Source: an uncultured Candidatus Saccharibacteria bacterium (GTDB taxonomy: Bacteria > Patescibacteriota > Minisyncoccia > Phycocordibacterales > JACOZG01). From it: 64,000 nt of DNA. This document shows positions 37,700 to 47,975 of this stretch, piece after piece. The stretch is from positions 55,457 to 119,456 of the forward strand of contig CAYNPK010000001.1 in NCBI GenBank assembly GCA_964399075.1, written 5' to 3'. Positions within the stretch are counted from its first letter, which is position 1. Each line of letters opens with the position of its first letter. The notes beneath the pieces are model-generated. The model was not told where the DNA came from. It saw only the letters and a program-made list of their open reading frames with translations, and searched no databases. Position numbers and translations under genes: made by a program.

Positions 37700-39505
37700 T
37701 TATTTTAAAACAGCTTTAATACGACGAATACCGGCAGCAATCGCTTCTTCTTTAATAATCTTGAATTCACCTAATTCTCCCGTCCGAGACACATGCGGAC
37801 CGCCACAAAATTCTTTAGAATAAGCGGAGTCTAAGCTATCGCCAATATAATAAACCGACACTTGCTCACCGTATTTGTTGCCGAAAAACCGAAGCGCGTC
37901 AGTCTTCTCCGCATCAGCGCGATTCATGATTTGGCAATTGACTGGTAAATCTTGTTGGATAATATTATTCACTTCGGTTTCTACGGCTAACTTCTCTTCA
38001 GTTGTTAATTTATCTCCGTGAACGAAATCGAAGCGCAACCGCTCTGGAGTGATGTTACTCCCCTTCTGTTGCACTTGATCACCTAAAACATTTCTTAGAG
38101 CCTGATGCAAGAGATGAGTAGCGGTGTGATATCTAGTTTCTAGCTCACTAGTACCAGCCAAACCACCCTTAAACTTTTGACCGGCACCAGCTCGAGAGAG
38201 TTGCTGGTGTTTTTTCATTTCCTGATTAAATTCACTAACATCAACACCCAATCCTTTTTCATCAGCAAGCTCAATAGTCATCTCGAGAGGAAATCCATAG
38301 GTTTGAAAAAGATAAAATGCATCCGTACCAGAGATTACCTTGTTTCTCATTTTTACATTAAAATTATACATTCTACCAAACCACTTAATTCCTTCCCGCA
38401 AAGTCACTCGAAACTTTTCTTCCTCTAAACTAATTTCTTTTTTAATTTTTACCCATTCAGTCTTTAATTCCGGATAAACTTCTTGATATTTCTTAACAAT
38501 CACTTCCGCAATTTCAGTCAAAGCGCCGTTACCTAATCTTGAAGAATCAGCATAACGCACCGCGCGACGCATTAGACGACGCAAAATATAACCCCGATCA
38601 GTATTGGTTGGCAGAACACCATCCGCGATCATGAATACCGATGTCCGAATATGATCAGCAATAATTCTCGCTGATTTACTGTCTGAATTTTTAGCTAGAT
38701 TTTTAATTTTACTAATAATCTCATCGAAGAGATCAGTCTCGTAAATACTTCCTTTTTTCTGAATGACCATCAAGAGTCGTTCTAGCCCGGCGCCTGTATC
38801 CACATTGCGCTCCTTCAATTTTCCAATAACTTTGCCCTGATCTTTCTGAAATTCCATGAAAACATCATTCCAAACTTCAACGATTTTTTGCTCGTCTTCC
38901 GCTTTCTGTTCTTCTTCCGGAGTTAAATCACCCAAGCCCTTCGGAGTAATGTCATAAAACATTTCTGTACAAGGCCCCGTTGGACCAGACCAAGAATCAA
39001 CACCTTTTACCGCTGGCCACCAATTGGCATCCGCGCCCTTAAAATAAATTCGCTCTTTGGGCACGCCAACTTTCTGCCAAATTTCCGCCGACAAAGTATC
39101 CCGAGGCGAATTCTGATCACCGGCAAAAACGGTGACATAGAGTCGAGCTGGATCAAGCCCCAGTCCTTCTTCAGTGGAAGTTAAAAATGCATAACTCCAC
39201 TCAATCGCCTCTTGCTTAAAATAATCTCCTAGAGACCAATTACCCAGCATCTCAAAAAAAGTAGCATGAGTGTTATCACCAACATCCTCAATGTCAGTGG
39301 TGCGAACACATTTTTGGACATTGGCTAGGCGCTTGCCGGCAGGATGTTTCTCGCCCAGTAGATAAGACACTAGAGGTTGAACACCGGCGGAAATAAAGAG
39401 GGCCGAAGGATCATTCTCCGGCACGAGAGAAGCCGAAGGCAGGATAGCGTGTCCGCGCTGTTTGAAAAAAGCTAAGAATCGTCGGCGAATTTCTGTTGAT
39501 TTCAT
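37700..39505 (-). CDS. alaS: alanine--tRNA ligase (short form lacking C-Ala domain)
   Basis: True start MKSTEIRRRFLAFFKQRGH at 39505. Editing-domain HxxxH/CxxxH present (HTATHLLH, CGGPHV). About 600 aa. Confidence 0.85.
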   Translation of the reverse strand: MKSTEIRRRFLAFFKQRGHAILPSASLVPENDPSALFISAGVQPLVSYLLGEKHPAGKRLANVQKCVRTTDIEDVGDNTHATFFEMLGNWSLGDYFKQEAIEWSYAFLTSTEEGLGLDPARLYVTVFAGDQNSPRDTLSAEIWQKVGVPKERIYFKGADANWWPAVKGVDSWSGPTGPCTEMFYDITPKGLGDLTPEEEQKAEDEQKIVEVWNDVFMEFQKDQGKVIGKLKERNVDTGAGLERLLMVIQKKGSIYETDLFDEIISKIKNLAKNSDSKSARIIADHIRTSVFMIADGVLPTNTDRGYILRRLMRRAVRYADSSRLGNGALTEIAEVIVKKYQEVYPELKTEWVKIKKEISLEEEKFRVTLREGIKWFGRMYNFNVKMRNKVISGTDAFYLFQTYGFPLEMTIELADEKGLGVDVSEFNQEMKKHQQLSRAGAGQKFKGGLAGTSELETRYHTATHLLHQALRNVLGDQVQQKGSNITPERLRFDFVHGDKLTTEEKLAVETEVNNIIQQDLPVNCQIMNRADAEKTDALRFFGNKYGEQVSVYYIGDSLDSAYSKEFCGGPHVSRTGELGEFKIIKEEAIAAGIRRIKAVLK

Positions 39506-39536
39506 TGATTTAGCTATTCTAACAAATTTTAAACAT

Positions 39537-39569
39537 AAAAAAAACAGGCAAACCTCATCGGCTTGCCTG
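39537..39569 (-). terminator. rho-independent terminator of the alpha-CTD-like gene
   Basis: Minus strand: CAGGCAA-loop11-TTGCCTG then TTTTTTTT. Confidence 0.55.
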
Positions 39570-39589
39570 CGCCTCACTCTCCCAGCTTG

Positions 39590-39988
39590 TCAAACACCAT
39601 CAGACTTTGCCGGCGACTTCCAGGCGAGAATCTCTCTTTCAGTCATCCCCAGACGAAGGCCAGAGATAGTGAGCAGTTTGCCTTCGATCTCCTTAAGAGT
39701 ACCGTACCCAAGACCACGAATACAAAGCAACTCATAGTCTCTCTTCCTGACCAATTCACCAATGGTCCGAATTCCAATTTTAACGAGACAATGTCTCGCT
39801 CGTGACGACAATTCAAGCAAGCTAAGTTCGCACTCAAAAATGTCGGCAGGTGAAGTTCTGGGTAACCCAACGAGGGGGTCACAATCTGACCAAATTCCAA
39901 TATATCTCAAGCGAGACTTGAGGGCTTGATTTTCTTTTTCCAGTCTTCGATTTTCTGCTTCGAGATTACTGATCCTGTTCGTCATCAC
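39590..39988 (-). CDS. stand-alone RNA polymerase alpha-subunit C-terminal-domain (alpha-CTD)-like protein with N-terminal coiled coil; high GC
   Basis: C-terminal ELSLLELSSRARHCLVKIGIRTIGELVRKRDYELLCIRGLGYGTLKEIEGKLLTISGLRLGM aligns with E. coli alpha-CTD [58 protein letters not shown]. N-terminal heptad region (LEAENRRLEKENQALKSRL). AGGA RBS. Confidence 0.6.
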   Translation of the reverse strand: MMTNRISNLEAENRRLEKENQALKSRLRYIGIWSDCDPLVGLPRTSPADIFECELSLLELSSRARHCLVKIGIRTIGELVRKRDYELLCIRGLGYGTLKEIEGKLLTISGLRLGMTEREILAWKSPAKSDGV

Positions 39989-40025
39989 ACACCGTCCTTT
40001 CTGGTTAGGGTTTTAGATGTCCAAG

Positions 40026-40055
40026 TCCACTTTAATATCTAGCATAAGCATCTAC
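40026..40055 (-). promoter_or_regulatory. putative promoter for the alpha-CTD-like gene (TTGACA-N18-TAGATA)
   Basis: Minus-strand TTGACAttatgtagatgcttatgcTAGATA upstream of the RBS; -10 is imperfect. Confidence 0.3.
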
Positions 40056-40061
40056 ATAATG

Positions 40062-41120
40062 TCAAACACTAATGATTCCCCCGCCCAAACACTCATTGCC
40101 ACGATAAATCACCAGAGATTGGCCGGAAGCGATGGCGCTTGGCGGTCTAGCGGTAAATTCTATTGTTAAAGATTTTCCCTGTTGGTTTAATACACAAGGA
40201 ACTAATTCGCCACGATGGCGAATTCTGGCGGTTAACTTGTTTAAATCAGTTTTACTTAGCAAATTAATTTGCTCTAGAGTAATTATTCTAGAATTAAGCT
40301 TATCGATAATTTTTTTATTTTGCGAAACTACCAAAATATTTTTTACCAGATCGCGACTGACAATATAATACGGCTTATCAGAGGCTGTTTTTTTATTTAT
40401 TTTAAATCCGTGACGCTCACCGATAGTATAGAATATCGCACCCTCATGTTCTCCTACCAATTCCCCATTATCGTTAAGAACCAGTCCAGATTTGGTCTTG
40501 AGATAACGTTTAAGAAAGTCTTTGACATCAACCTTGCCAATGAAGCACAGGCCCTGACTGTCTTTCTTAGTCGCATTTGATAATCCAAATTTACTTGCCA
40601 ACTTCCGTACTTCGGTTTTATGCAAGTGCCCCACTGGAAAAAGAATGTGCTTCAGTTGTTGAGTCTTAAGAGTCCAGAGGAAATAAGTTTGGTCTTTCTC
40701 TTTGTCTTTACTTGCTAATAATTTATTATTTTTAATTTGAGCGTAATGACCAGTTGCAACATAATCAGCGCCTCGTTCCATTGACCAATCGTAAAAAGCG
40801 CCAAACTTAATATGACGATTACACATTACGTCTGGATTAGGTGTCCGGCCGCGAGCGTATTCTCCAATCAAATAATCGACCACTTCCCTCTTGTAGATCT
40901 TCTCTAAATCAAGCGTCAAGAGTGGTATATCCAAGCGAGCGGCCACGCGCATCGCCTCACGTCTGTCATCTCGCCAAACACAAGGATAGCCGGGAGGTTC
41001 CCAAACTTTAATGAAAACCCCCACCACTTTATAGCCAGCCTTAACAAGCAAAGCCGCCGATACGGAACTATCGACGCCACCGGACAAACCAACAAAAACT
41101 GTGCCCTTTACTTGTCTCAT
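40062..41120 (-). CDS. mnmA: tRNA-specific 2-thiouridylase MnmA
   Basis: PP-loop VFVGLSGGVDSSVSAALL, MnmA conserved Cys residues. Confidence 0.9.
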   Translation of the reverse strand: MRQVKGTVFVGLSGGVDSSVSAALLVKAGYKVVGVFIKVWEPPGYPCVWRDDRREAMRVAARLDIPLLTLDLEKIYKREVVDYLIGEYARGRTPNPDVMCNRHIKFGAFYDWSMERGADYVATGHYAQIKNNKLLASKDKEKDQTYFLWTLKTQQLKHILFPVGHLHKTEVRKLASKFGLSNATKKDSQGLCFIGKVDVKDFLKRYLKTKSGLVLNDNGELVGEHEGAIFYTIGERHGFKINKKTASDKPYYIVSRDLVKNILVVSQNKKIIDKLNSRIITLEQINLLSKTDLNKLTARIRHRGELVPCVLNQQGKSLTIEFTARPPSAIASGQSLVIYRGNECLGGGIISV

Positions 41121-41133
41121 TTATACCCTAACC

Positions 41134-41667
41134 CTAACCTTCTATCAGTCGCTTGTAAACTTCTAGAGCTGTTTTAGCATCAGACAAGGCCGAGTGAGCC
41201 TGTTTATTGATAATACCAAAATGTTCGCAAAGTGATCGCAGATTAAAGCGCTGAACTTGATTATGGTGATAAAGTTTGACGAAAGCCATTGACAGAAGAT
41301 CCAGACGGACACTGGCCATTAAATTTGGCACCTTAGTTTTGGCAAAAGCTCTCTCTAGAAAGGCCCAATCGAAGGTGATGTTATGACTAATCATTATTGC
41401 CCCCTCGGCCTTGTCGTTTAGAGCCTTAAGAGCTTGATCTAGATCAGACGCAAAGATCCAATCAGCGCTATTGTAACTATTGATTCGCAAGGCTTCCGGC
41501 TCAGCAGTTTCCAGATGTTCCGGCTTTACTTTAAGATCAAGCTCACTAACAATTTCAAAATTTGCTCCTGGTTTGACAACAACACAACCGATTTCGATAA
41601 TTTCCTGTCTCTCTGGATCAAGACCGGTCGTTTCTAAGTCAATAAAAGCTAGATTATTCTTTTTCAT
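41134..41667 (-). CDS. DEDDh 3'-5' exonuclease (DnaQ/epsilon-like)
   Basis: Exo I motif FIDLETTGL; H-x4-D motif near the C-terminus (HSALSDA). Confidence 0.75.
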   Translation of the reverse strand: MKKNNLAFIDLETTGLDPERQEIIEIGCVVVKPGANFEIVSELDLKVKPEHLETAEPEALRINSYNSADWIFASDLDQALKALNDKAEGAIMISHNITFDWAFLERAFAKTKVPNLMASVRLDLLSMAFVKLYHHNQVQRFNLRSLCEHFGIINKQAHSALSDAKTALEVYKRLIEG

Positions 41668-42578
41668 GCTTGAGGCATTATACTATTTCGTAAATATTGA
41701 TCAATATTTTTCTTGTGATCAGGATAATTACGAGCGTAGTGAGTCTGACCAGTGTTATCAGAAAGGAAAAACCAAAATTCATTTGGAACTGGATCAAGAG
41801 TGGCCATGATCGCTTTGAGACCCGGACTAACAATCGGTCGTTCTGGCAGACCATAATTTTCGTAAGTTTCGCGAGCCACATCAACCTCTAGTTTCCAACC
41901 TTCATCAAGCCTCTTCCAGAGAATACCAGCAATCATTCGACGAGTTTCGTAATCACTAGCTTCTTTTTCCACAATAGAACTCATCACCAGCACCTCTTCT
42001 AGAGAACGGCCACTATCTGTAATTTGCCCCTGGAGATCTGCGATTTGCCGTTGGAAATTTTTATTCATCAGGTCCAAAATTTGCTCGACTTTAATTCGTG
42101 AAGGAAATAAATAAGTACTGGGGAATAAATAACCTTGCTTACTTAAACCCATCTCAATAAAAACATCGGGATCAAATTCCAACAGTGGCGCTCGAGAAAA
42201 TATTTTAGCCATTTGCGCTACTGATAGACCTTCGGGCAAAGTAACTTTAACCGGCGCTAAAGTAAAATCACCATCAATGAAGCGCCGAGCTAGCTGAAAA
42301 ACATCAAGCGCTTCTTCAAATTGATAATAACCAGCAATTACCCGATCCTCGCCAGCAAACCACTTGGTGACAGTGGTAAAAACTAGAGGCGAGCGAATGG
42401 CTTTTTGCTGATATAAAGTCAGACTAATATTCTTTAAACTTTGCCCTGATTCGATAACTATAATTTGATCGACCGGAAAATATTTAGGCGGAGCAAAAAA
42501 AGCACCAAACAATAGCAAGGCGCCAATTATTAAGAAAGAAGCGATTGCGCCGATAATAATAATAAAATAACGTAACAT
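41664..42578 (-). CDS. mltG: endolytic murein transglycosylase MltG (YceG family)
   Basis: N-terminal TM plus YceG-like domain; 4-bp overlap with the exonuclease gene. Confidence 0.8.
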   Translation of the reverse strand: MLRYFIIIIGAIASFLIIGALLLFGAFFAPPKYFPVDQIIVIESGQSLKNISLTLYQQKAIRSPLVFTTVTKWFAGEDRVIAGYYQFEEALDVFQLARRFIDGDFTLAPVKVTLPEGLSVAQMAKIFSRAPLLEFDPDVFIEMGLSKQGYLFPSTYLFPSRIKVEQILDLMNKNFQRQIADLQGQITDSGRSLEEVLVMSSIVEKEASDYETRRMIAGILWKRLDEGWKLEVDVARETYENYGLPERPIVSPGLKAIMATLDPVPNEFWFFLSDNTGQTHYARNYPDHKKNIDQYLRNSIMPQA

Positions 42579-43949
42579 CTAGATGGGCAAATTAGTCGGT
42601 GGTTCAGCGCGCTTAGATTCAACCCTCTTTAAGCTTGGGGTGGCCACTACCCGACCAGGAAGATGGAAAATTGTGGCTAACTCTTCGGTCGTTAAAATAT
42701 AAGGTTTATTCATAAAATTTTGATACGGCGGTTGGAAAATCGAACGCTTTTTATAAGCATCGAGCATTTGAATTTCCATTTTATTGCGAACTTTGCGCAT
42801 ATGATTAGAGAACCAAGGCAACCAACCAAAAACAGTCAAGAGATCTTTTCCCAGATCTCTGTGGTCCGTAAACCAACCGAGTTTCAACTTATTCAACTCC
42901 TCGGAATTATACTGGCGCACACTACCAATTAATCCGGTAATATTTCCAGAATTAAAGTGATCTTTACGAGCGATATAGAAACCGCGCATCATCACTTCAA
43001 AGGGCAACTTCGCAATACTGCGCTCGATAGCCTCCATTTTTAATTGTTGACCCTTGGTTGGATGAGAAAAAGAAGTTTTCCCTTTATTGCCTTCTTGGGT
43101 AATGATATCGGCCTCAACAATCGCCTCTTTACGAATCTCCTCAATTTCATCTAAGGCTGCCTGTGTCCAATTTGGTTTTTCAAACAATCTGCCATCTTTA
43201 AGACCCTCCTTGCGGTGAGCTTGGCATAAAATTTGAATCCAGACTCGTTCATTGGGACCAACAGAACCTAGGTATTCCAAAACCGAACTAATAGGATCAA
43301 TCTTCTCTTCTTCTTCCGCCGGTTTGTCTAAACCATAATCAATATAAGTTTTAATGGGATAAACATCATCTTCCGCCAATTTAAAATGAGTTCCCCACAT
43401 AATCCAGGTTTCTGGGTCCCAATGAACTTCCTCCGTGTAATCTTCGACTTGACGGATTTCAATATCAGGATATTGAGCATAAAGTTGAGCCTCCACCACA
43501 TCCCGCATTTTATCTTGGCTCACCCAGATAAAGAATTTAACATCACCACCAAGAGAAACCAATTCACAGGAAAACCAGGGTCTGATTTTACCCAGCCAGT
43601 ATTGTTCAAGAAAAGAAGTATTTCCGGGTAAGTACAGAGAAGTAAAAAATAACTCCATAGCCAGAGGAGAACGACTCACTTCTCGTGGGAGTTTGATTTC
43701 CAATAAAACTGACTTCTGTGAAGCAACGCTAAGACTACGGATATAGAGCAACCACAAGCGCCAGAAAAGCATACCCAACATGAAGGTAAGCCAAATTGGC
43801 GCTGTTAGCAATAAATAATAAGCTGTCCTAGCAAGAACGGTTCCGGTTCCTGACCAGACAACAAAGAGAATGATCAAGCCGAAGAAACCCAGCAACAAAA
43901 CCAGGACGATCCAAATTTCTTTTAAAAACTCAAGAAATTTCTCAGGCAC
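42579..43949 (-). CDS. hypothetical membrane protein (2 N-terminal TMs + about 350-aa cytoplasmic domain)
   Basis: No recognisable motif; abuts mltG with no gap. Confidence 0.4.
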   Translation of the reverse strand: MPEKFLEFLKEIWIVLVLLLGFFGLIILFVVWSGTGTVLARTAYYLLLTAPIWLTFMLGMLFWRLWLLYIRSLSVASQKSVLLEIKLPREVSRSPLAMELFFTSLYLPGNTSFLEQYWLGKIRPWFSCELVSLGGDVKFFIWVSQDKMRDVVEAQLYAQYPDIEIRQVEDYTEEVHWDPETWIMWGTHFKLAEDDVYPIKTYIDYGLDKPAEEEEKIDPISSVLEYLGSVGPNERVWIQILCQAHRKEGLKDGRLFEKPNWTQAALDEIEEIRKEAIVEADIITQEGNKGKTSFSHPTKGQQLKMEAIERSIAKLPFEVMMRGFYIARKDHFNSGNITGLIGSVRQYNSEELNKLKLGWFTDHRDLGKDLLTVFGWLPWFSNHMRKVRNKMEIQMLDAYKKRSIFQPPYQNFMNKPYILTTEELATIFHLPGRVVATPSLKRVESKRAEPPTNLPI

Positions 43950-44006
43950 CTAATAAGTATAATCTAGAATGAGAAAATTATCTACAGATTTAAACTTTAA
44001 ACAATT

Positions 44007-45080
44007 TTAAACCAGAGTATAACGCCCCTGTTTGTCTTGCTTGAAGTAACGACGATTCTTAATGTTAACCATAACGGTATTTTCTTTAACATAACGCTCT
44101 TTCATCACCTTGCTTAGAATTTCTTCTTTAGATAGAGGGCCATTATCTTTTATAATTTGACGAATGACATCTCTAACTACCCCTTTAATGTAACCCCACT
44201 CGCTAAGAGCATAGATACCGCGCCCAACTAGGATAAAGCGACCATCTTTAATTAATTCGTTATGACAAGTGGCAGAGTTAGCCTTGCGACCAAAGTTTTG
44301 CTGGATCGCCTTAGCAACTTCTGTAAAGTGCATTGGAGAACCATGCTTGCGCATAATTAAATAAGCATAATCACGAATGCCTCGAACATAAACATTGGGT
44401 GAGCTAGTTAATCCCCAATCACCGATTGGCGATTTTCCAATCTCCTTAGAGAGCATCAAATAACGTTTGGCGTGAGCCTTAGCTTGTTCCGGAGAAAGAG
44501 TTTCGTACAGATTTTTTAGAAAAGTATCAATAATCTCCTGTTCAGATAATAATTGATCTTCTGACAATTGAGTACACAAATTTTTAAGCGAGCCTCGAAC
44601 TCCTTCTGCCAATTCCGGATCAGTCGTCCAGTGGTGATAGAACGAATCTCCTTCTTTAACTTTAGAGAAGGCATCGCCTAACACTAGAAGAAAGTGAATA
44701 TTATTTTGGGTCATCCGTTCGCCAGATAGGTGGTTTAGAAATTCTTGCTCATGAACGATTCCGCCATATTGCTCCATCGCTGATTGCAATTCCGAAAAGA
44801 TTTCGGCTGACTCATTCATTACCGAAGAACGACGGATAGTCTTGAGACTAAAGTCTTCAATCTGGCGTACTCGTTCGCGGGTAATTTGATACTTTTTACC
44901 AATAGCCTCGAGGGTTAAACCTTTGTCGCTTTCTAAACCAAAGCGCATCTTTAAAATATCTTGCGCTCGCTCAGGCAAAACGGTTAACAAAGCACGGGTC
45001 ACCTTCTTTGGCTTAAATGTGAGAACTTCTTTGCTGATCATGATTAAATTTATTAAATCTATTCTTATAATTAAACTCAA
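44007..45080 (-). CDS. sigma-70 region-4-like HTH protein with C-terminal winged-helix (Mrr-N-like) domain; function unknown
   Basis: N-terminus LLTVLPERAQDILKMRFGLESDKGLTLEAIGKKYQITRERVRQIEDFSLKTIRR is a classic region 4.2. C-terminus ...GRGIYALSEWGY looks like a winged helix. Confidence 0.5.
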   Translation of the reverse strand: MSLIIRIDLINLIMISKEVLTFKPKKVTRALLTVLPERAQDILKMRFGLESDKGLTLEAIGKKYQITRERVRQIEDFSLKTIRRSSVMNESAEIFSELQSAMEQYGGIVHEQEFLNHLSGERMTQNNIHFLLVLGDAFSKVKEGDSFYHHWTTDPELAEGVRGSLKNLCTQLSEDQLLSEQEIIDTFLKNLYETLSPEQAKAHAKRYLMLSKEIGKSPIGDWGLTSSPNVYVRGIRDYAYLIMRKHGSPMHFTEVAKAIQQNFGRKANSATCHNELIKDGRFILVGRGIYALSEWGYIKGVVRDVIRQIIKDNGPLSKEEILSKVMKERYVKENTVMVNIKNRRYFKQDKQGRYTLV

Positions 45081-45128
45081 TTAAACTGTTATAGCTATTT
45101 CTAGCATATCAACATATTGTCGTCAAGG

Positions 45129-47975
45129 TCAAATCACAATATTAACCAATTTACCCGGAACATGAACGACTTTCTTAATCTTCTTATCTACTAACCATTT
45201 CTGGATTTTAGCTCTATTCTTAGCCTCAATTTCAATCTCAAGTGGCGACAATGACGGTGACACTTTAATAGTATCACGGAGAATTCCATTAATTTGAATA
45301 GCGATGGTGATTTCGTCAACAATGATTTTATCAGGATCATATTTCGGCCAAGGAGCAAGATGAATTGAGCGACTATTACCAAGCTCATGCCACAATTCTT
45401 CAGTTAAATGAGGAGCAAATGGAGCTAAGAGCTGAAGCATTAATTCATAATCCTGACGACTAATGTTCTCCTCTGTCTCCAGACTATTAACTAAAATCAT
45501 TAAAGAAGAAATCGCGGTATTGAAGCGCATGGCCTCAACATCCTCACTAACTTTTTTAATCGTTTGATGCAGAAGTAAGGTTAATTTTGAATTATCACTA
45601 CTCTCTTCTTTTTTGGCCACCTTGCTCCTTAAACGCCAGACTCTTTCCAGAAACCGCCGTGGGCCAATTAGACTCTCCGTACTCCAGGCAATGGCTTGAT
45701 CGAATGGTCCCATAAACATCTCGTAGAGTCGCAGAGTATCAGCACCATAAAGTTCCACAAACTTATCCGGATTAACCACATTGCCTCTTGATTTGGACAT
45801 TTTCTCTCCCCCTTCGGCCAAGATCATTCCGTGAGAAGTTCGCTTCTGGTATGGTTCACTACTCGGCACTAAGCCAAGATCGAACAAGAATTTGTGCCAG
45901 AATCGCGAGTAGAGCAAGTGGAGAGTAGTGTGCTCCATTCCACCGTTATACCAATCCACTGGCGTCCAGTGTTTTAACTTTTCTAAGGAGGCAAATGCAT
46001 CTATATTTCGAGAATCAACATAACGCAAATAATACCAACTAGAGCCAGCCCAATTAGGCATCGTGTCGGTCTCTCGCTCAGCTGGACCAGCGCAAGTTGG
46101 ACAAGTAGTCTTAACCCAATCAGTGATACCGGCAAGTGGTGATTCTCCGGTTTCTGTTGGCTGATAGCGTTCTACCGCCGGCAAAGTAACAGGCAAATCC
46201 TTCTCCGGCACCGACACCCAACCACACTTAGAACATTTAATCATTGGGATTGGTTCACCCCAATAGTGTTGACGAGAAAAAACCCAGTCACGAAGTTTGT
46301 AAGTAACTTTTTGTTGACCAAATTTATTAGTAATTTTTTCCTGCGCTTCTTCAGAAGCTAAACCATCAAATTCATTAGAATTAATCATCTCGCCTTCCAT
46401 AGAAAGAGCTGTTTCTGAAATTAACTGATTCCAAACCAGTTTTTGATGATCAGGGGTCAATCTATCAATTACAAGATCTTCATCTACCCATACAAGTGTA
46501 TGAAGTTTCTGTTCCGACTCAGCAATCACACCTTGATTCTTTAGACTATCAATTTCTGCTAATATTCCATAAGAAACCGCTTTTCTATTTTGTTTTTTGT
46601 GCGAGGCACAATATTTGGCTGCAGTGATCCAGCGTAATTTATTTTTAATAACAATTCCTTCAAGAGAGGCTTCTTCTTTTATCTCCATGAGTGCCGCCTC
46701 TTCTGGCGTCTGACCAGCCTCAATACCACCCATTATTGCTGTAGTAATACCTTCTAAACTCTCGTGCCAATCAAGTAATGCAAATTTGCCCGTAGACTTA
46801 TCACGCAAGTGGACAATAATTGTATCTCGCACAACTTCTTCAAAACCTTCACGAGGTGGATTTATTGAATCATCTTCGCATGGCATTATAACCTGCTTGA
46901 TAGGCAGATTAAATTTTTTCGCAAACGCATAATCTCTCTCATCGTGCGCCGGCACAGCCATCACGGCACCGGTGCCATACGACACCAAAACATAATCGGC
47001 GATCCAAACCGGAACCTTCTCTTGATTAGCAGGATTAATGGCAAAAACACCATCTAGCACAACGCCAGTTTTCTCTCGCCCTTCTGTGATGCGATCCATC
47101 TCGGTCTTAGTTTTGACTTCCGCTAAATATTCCTCCACCGCCGGCCAATTTTTAATTTGCGATTTCAATTTTTGAATCAACTCATGCTCCGGAGCTAATA
47201 CCACATAAGTAACCCCGAAGAGCGTGTCAGCCCTAGTGGTAAAGACTGAAACTTTTTCTCCAGAATCAACAATTTTAAATTCAAATTCCGCGCCGACACT
47301 TCGGCCTATCCAATGGCGTTGTTGAATTTTAATTTTCTCCAAATAATCTACCGTGTCTAAATCTTTATCTAATCTGTCAGCGTACTTAGTAATCGCCAAC
47401 ATCCACTGTTCCTTATCTCGCTTCTCCACCGGCGTCCCGCATCGTTCGCAATTCCCACTAACCACTTCCTCATTGGCCAAACCAATTAAACACTTAGGAC
47501 ACCAATTAATCGCCATCTTCTTCTTGTAAGCCAAACCTTTCTTAAATAATTGCAAGAAGATCCACTGCGTCCACTTGTAATATCCCGGATCAGTGGTGTT
47601 GATTTCTCGCGACCAATCAAAAGAGAAACCAAGCGACTGGAGTTGTCGCCTAAAAATATCAGTATTCTGCTTGGTAACAATCGCCGGCTGGACGCCAGTC
47701 TTAATCGCGTAATTCTCCGTCGGCAGACCGAAGGCGTCCCAGCCAATAGGATAGAGAACGTTATACCCTTCGGCGCGTCGCTTGCGGGCAATCACATCCA
47801 TTGCTGTGTTGCTCCGAATATGCCCGACATGCAAACCGTCGCCGGAGGGATAAGGAAATTCAATCAAGCAATAATATTTCCGCTTATCACTATTATCTAG
47901 AGCTTGATAAATTCCATCTTTTTCCCACTCCCTCTGCCACTTTGGTTCTATTTCTTTATGGTCGTAATTTTTCAT
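45129..47975 (-). CDS. leuS: leucine--tRNA ligase
   Basis: True start MKNYDHKEIEPKWQ at 47975. HVGH and KMSKSRGN motifs. Confidence 0.9.
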   Translation of the reverse strand: MKNYDHKEIEPKWQREWEKDGIYQALDNSDKRKYYCLIEFPYPSGDGLHVGHIRSNTAMDVIARKRRAEGYNVLYPIGWDAFGLPTENYAIKTGVQPAIVTKQNTDIFRRQLQSLGFSFDWSREINTTDPGYYKWTQWIFLQLFKKGLAYKKKMAINWCPKCLIGLANEEVVSGNCERCGTPVEKRDKEQWMLAITKYADRLDKDLDTVDYLEKIKIQQRHWIGRSVGAEFEFKIVDSGEKVSVFTTRADTLFGVTYVVLAPEHELIQKLKSQIKNWPAVEEYLAEVKTKTEMDRITEGREKTGVVLDGVFAINPANQEKVPVWIADYVLVSYGTGAVMAVPAHDERDYAFAKKFNLPIKQVIMPCEDDSINPPREGFEEVVRDTIIVHLRDKSTGKFALLDWHESLEGITTAIMGGIEAGQTPEEAALMEIKEEASLEGIVIKNKLRWITAAKYCASHKKQNRKAVSYGILAEIDSLKNQGVIAESEQKLHTLVWVDEDLVIDRLTPDHQKLVWNQLISETALSMEGEMINSNEFDGLASEEAQEKITNKFGQQKVTYKLRDWVFSRQHYWGEPIPMIKCSKCGWVSVPEKDLPVTLPAVERYQPTETGESPLAGITDWVKTTCPTCAGPAERETDTMPNWAGSSWYYLRYVDSRNIDAFASLEKLKHWTPVDWYNGGMEHTTLHLLYSRFWHKFLFDLGLVPSSEPYQKRTSHGMILAEGGEKMSKSRGNVVNPDKFVELYGADTLRLYEMFMGPFDQAIAWSTESLIGPRRFLERVWRLRSKVAKKEESSDNSKLTLLLHQTIKKVSEDVEAMRFNTAISSLMILVNSLETEENISRQDYELMLQLLAPFAPHLTEELWHELGNSRSIHLAPWPKYDPDKIIVDEITIAIQINGILRDTIKVSPSLSPLEIEIEAKNRAKIQKWLVDKKIKKVVHVPGKLVNIVI

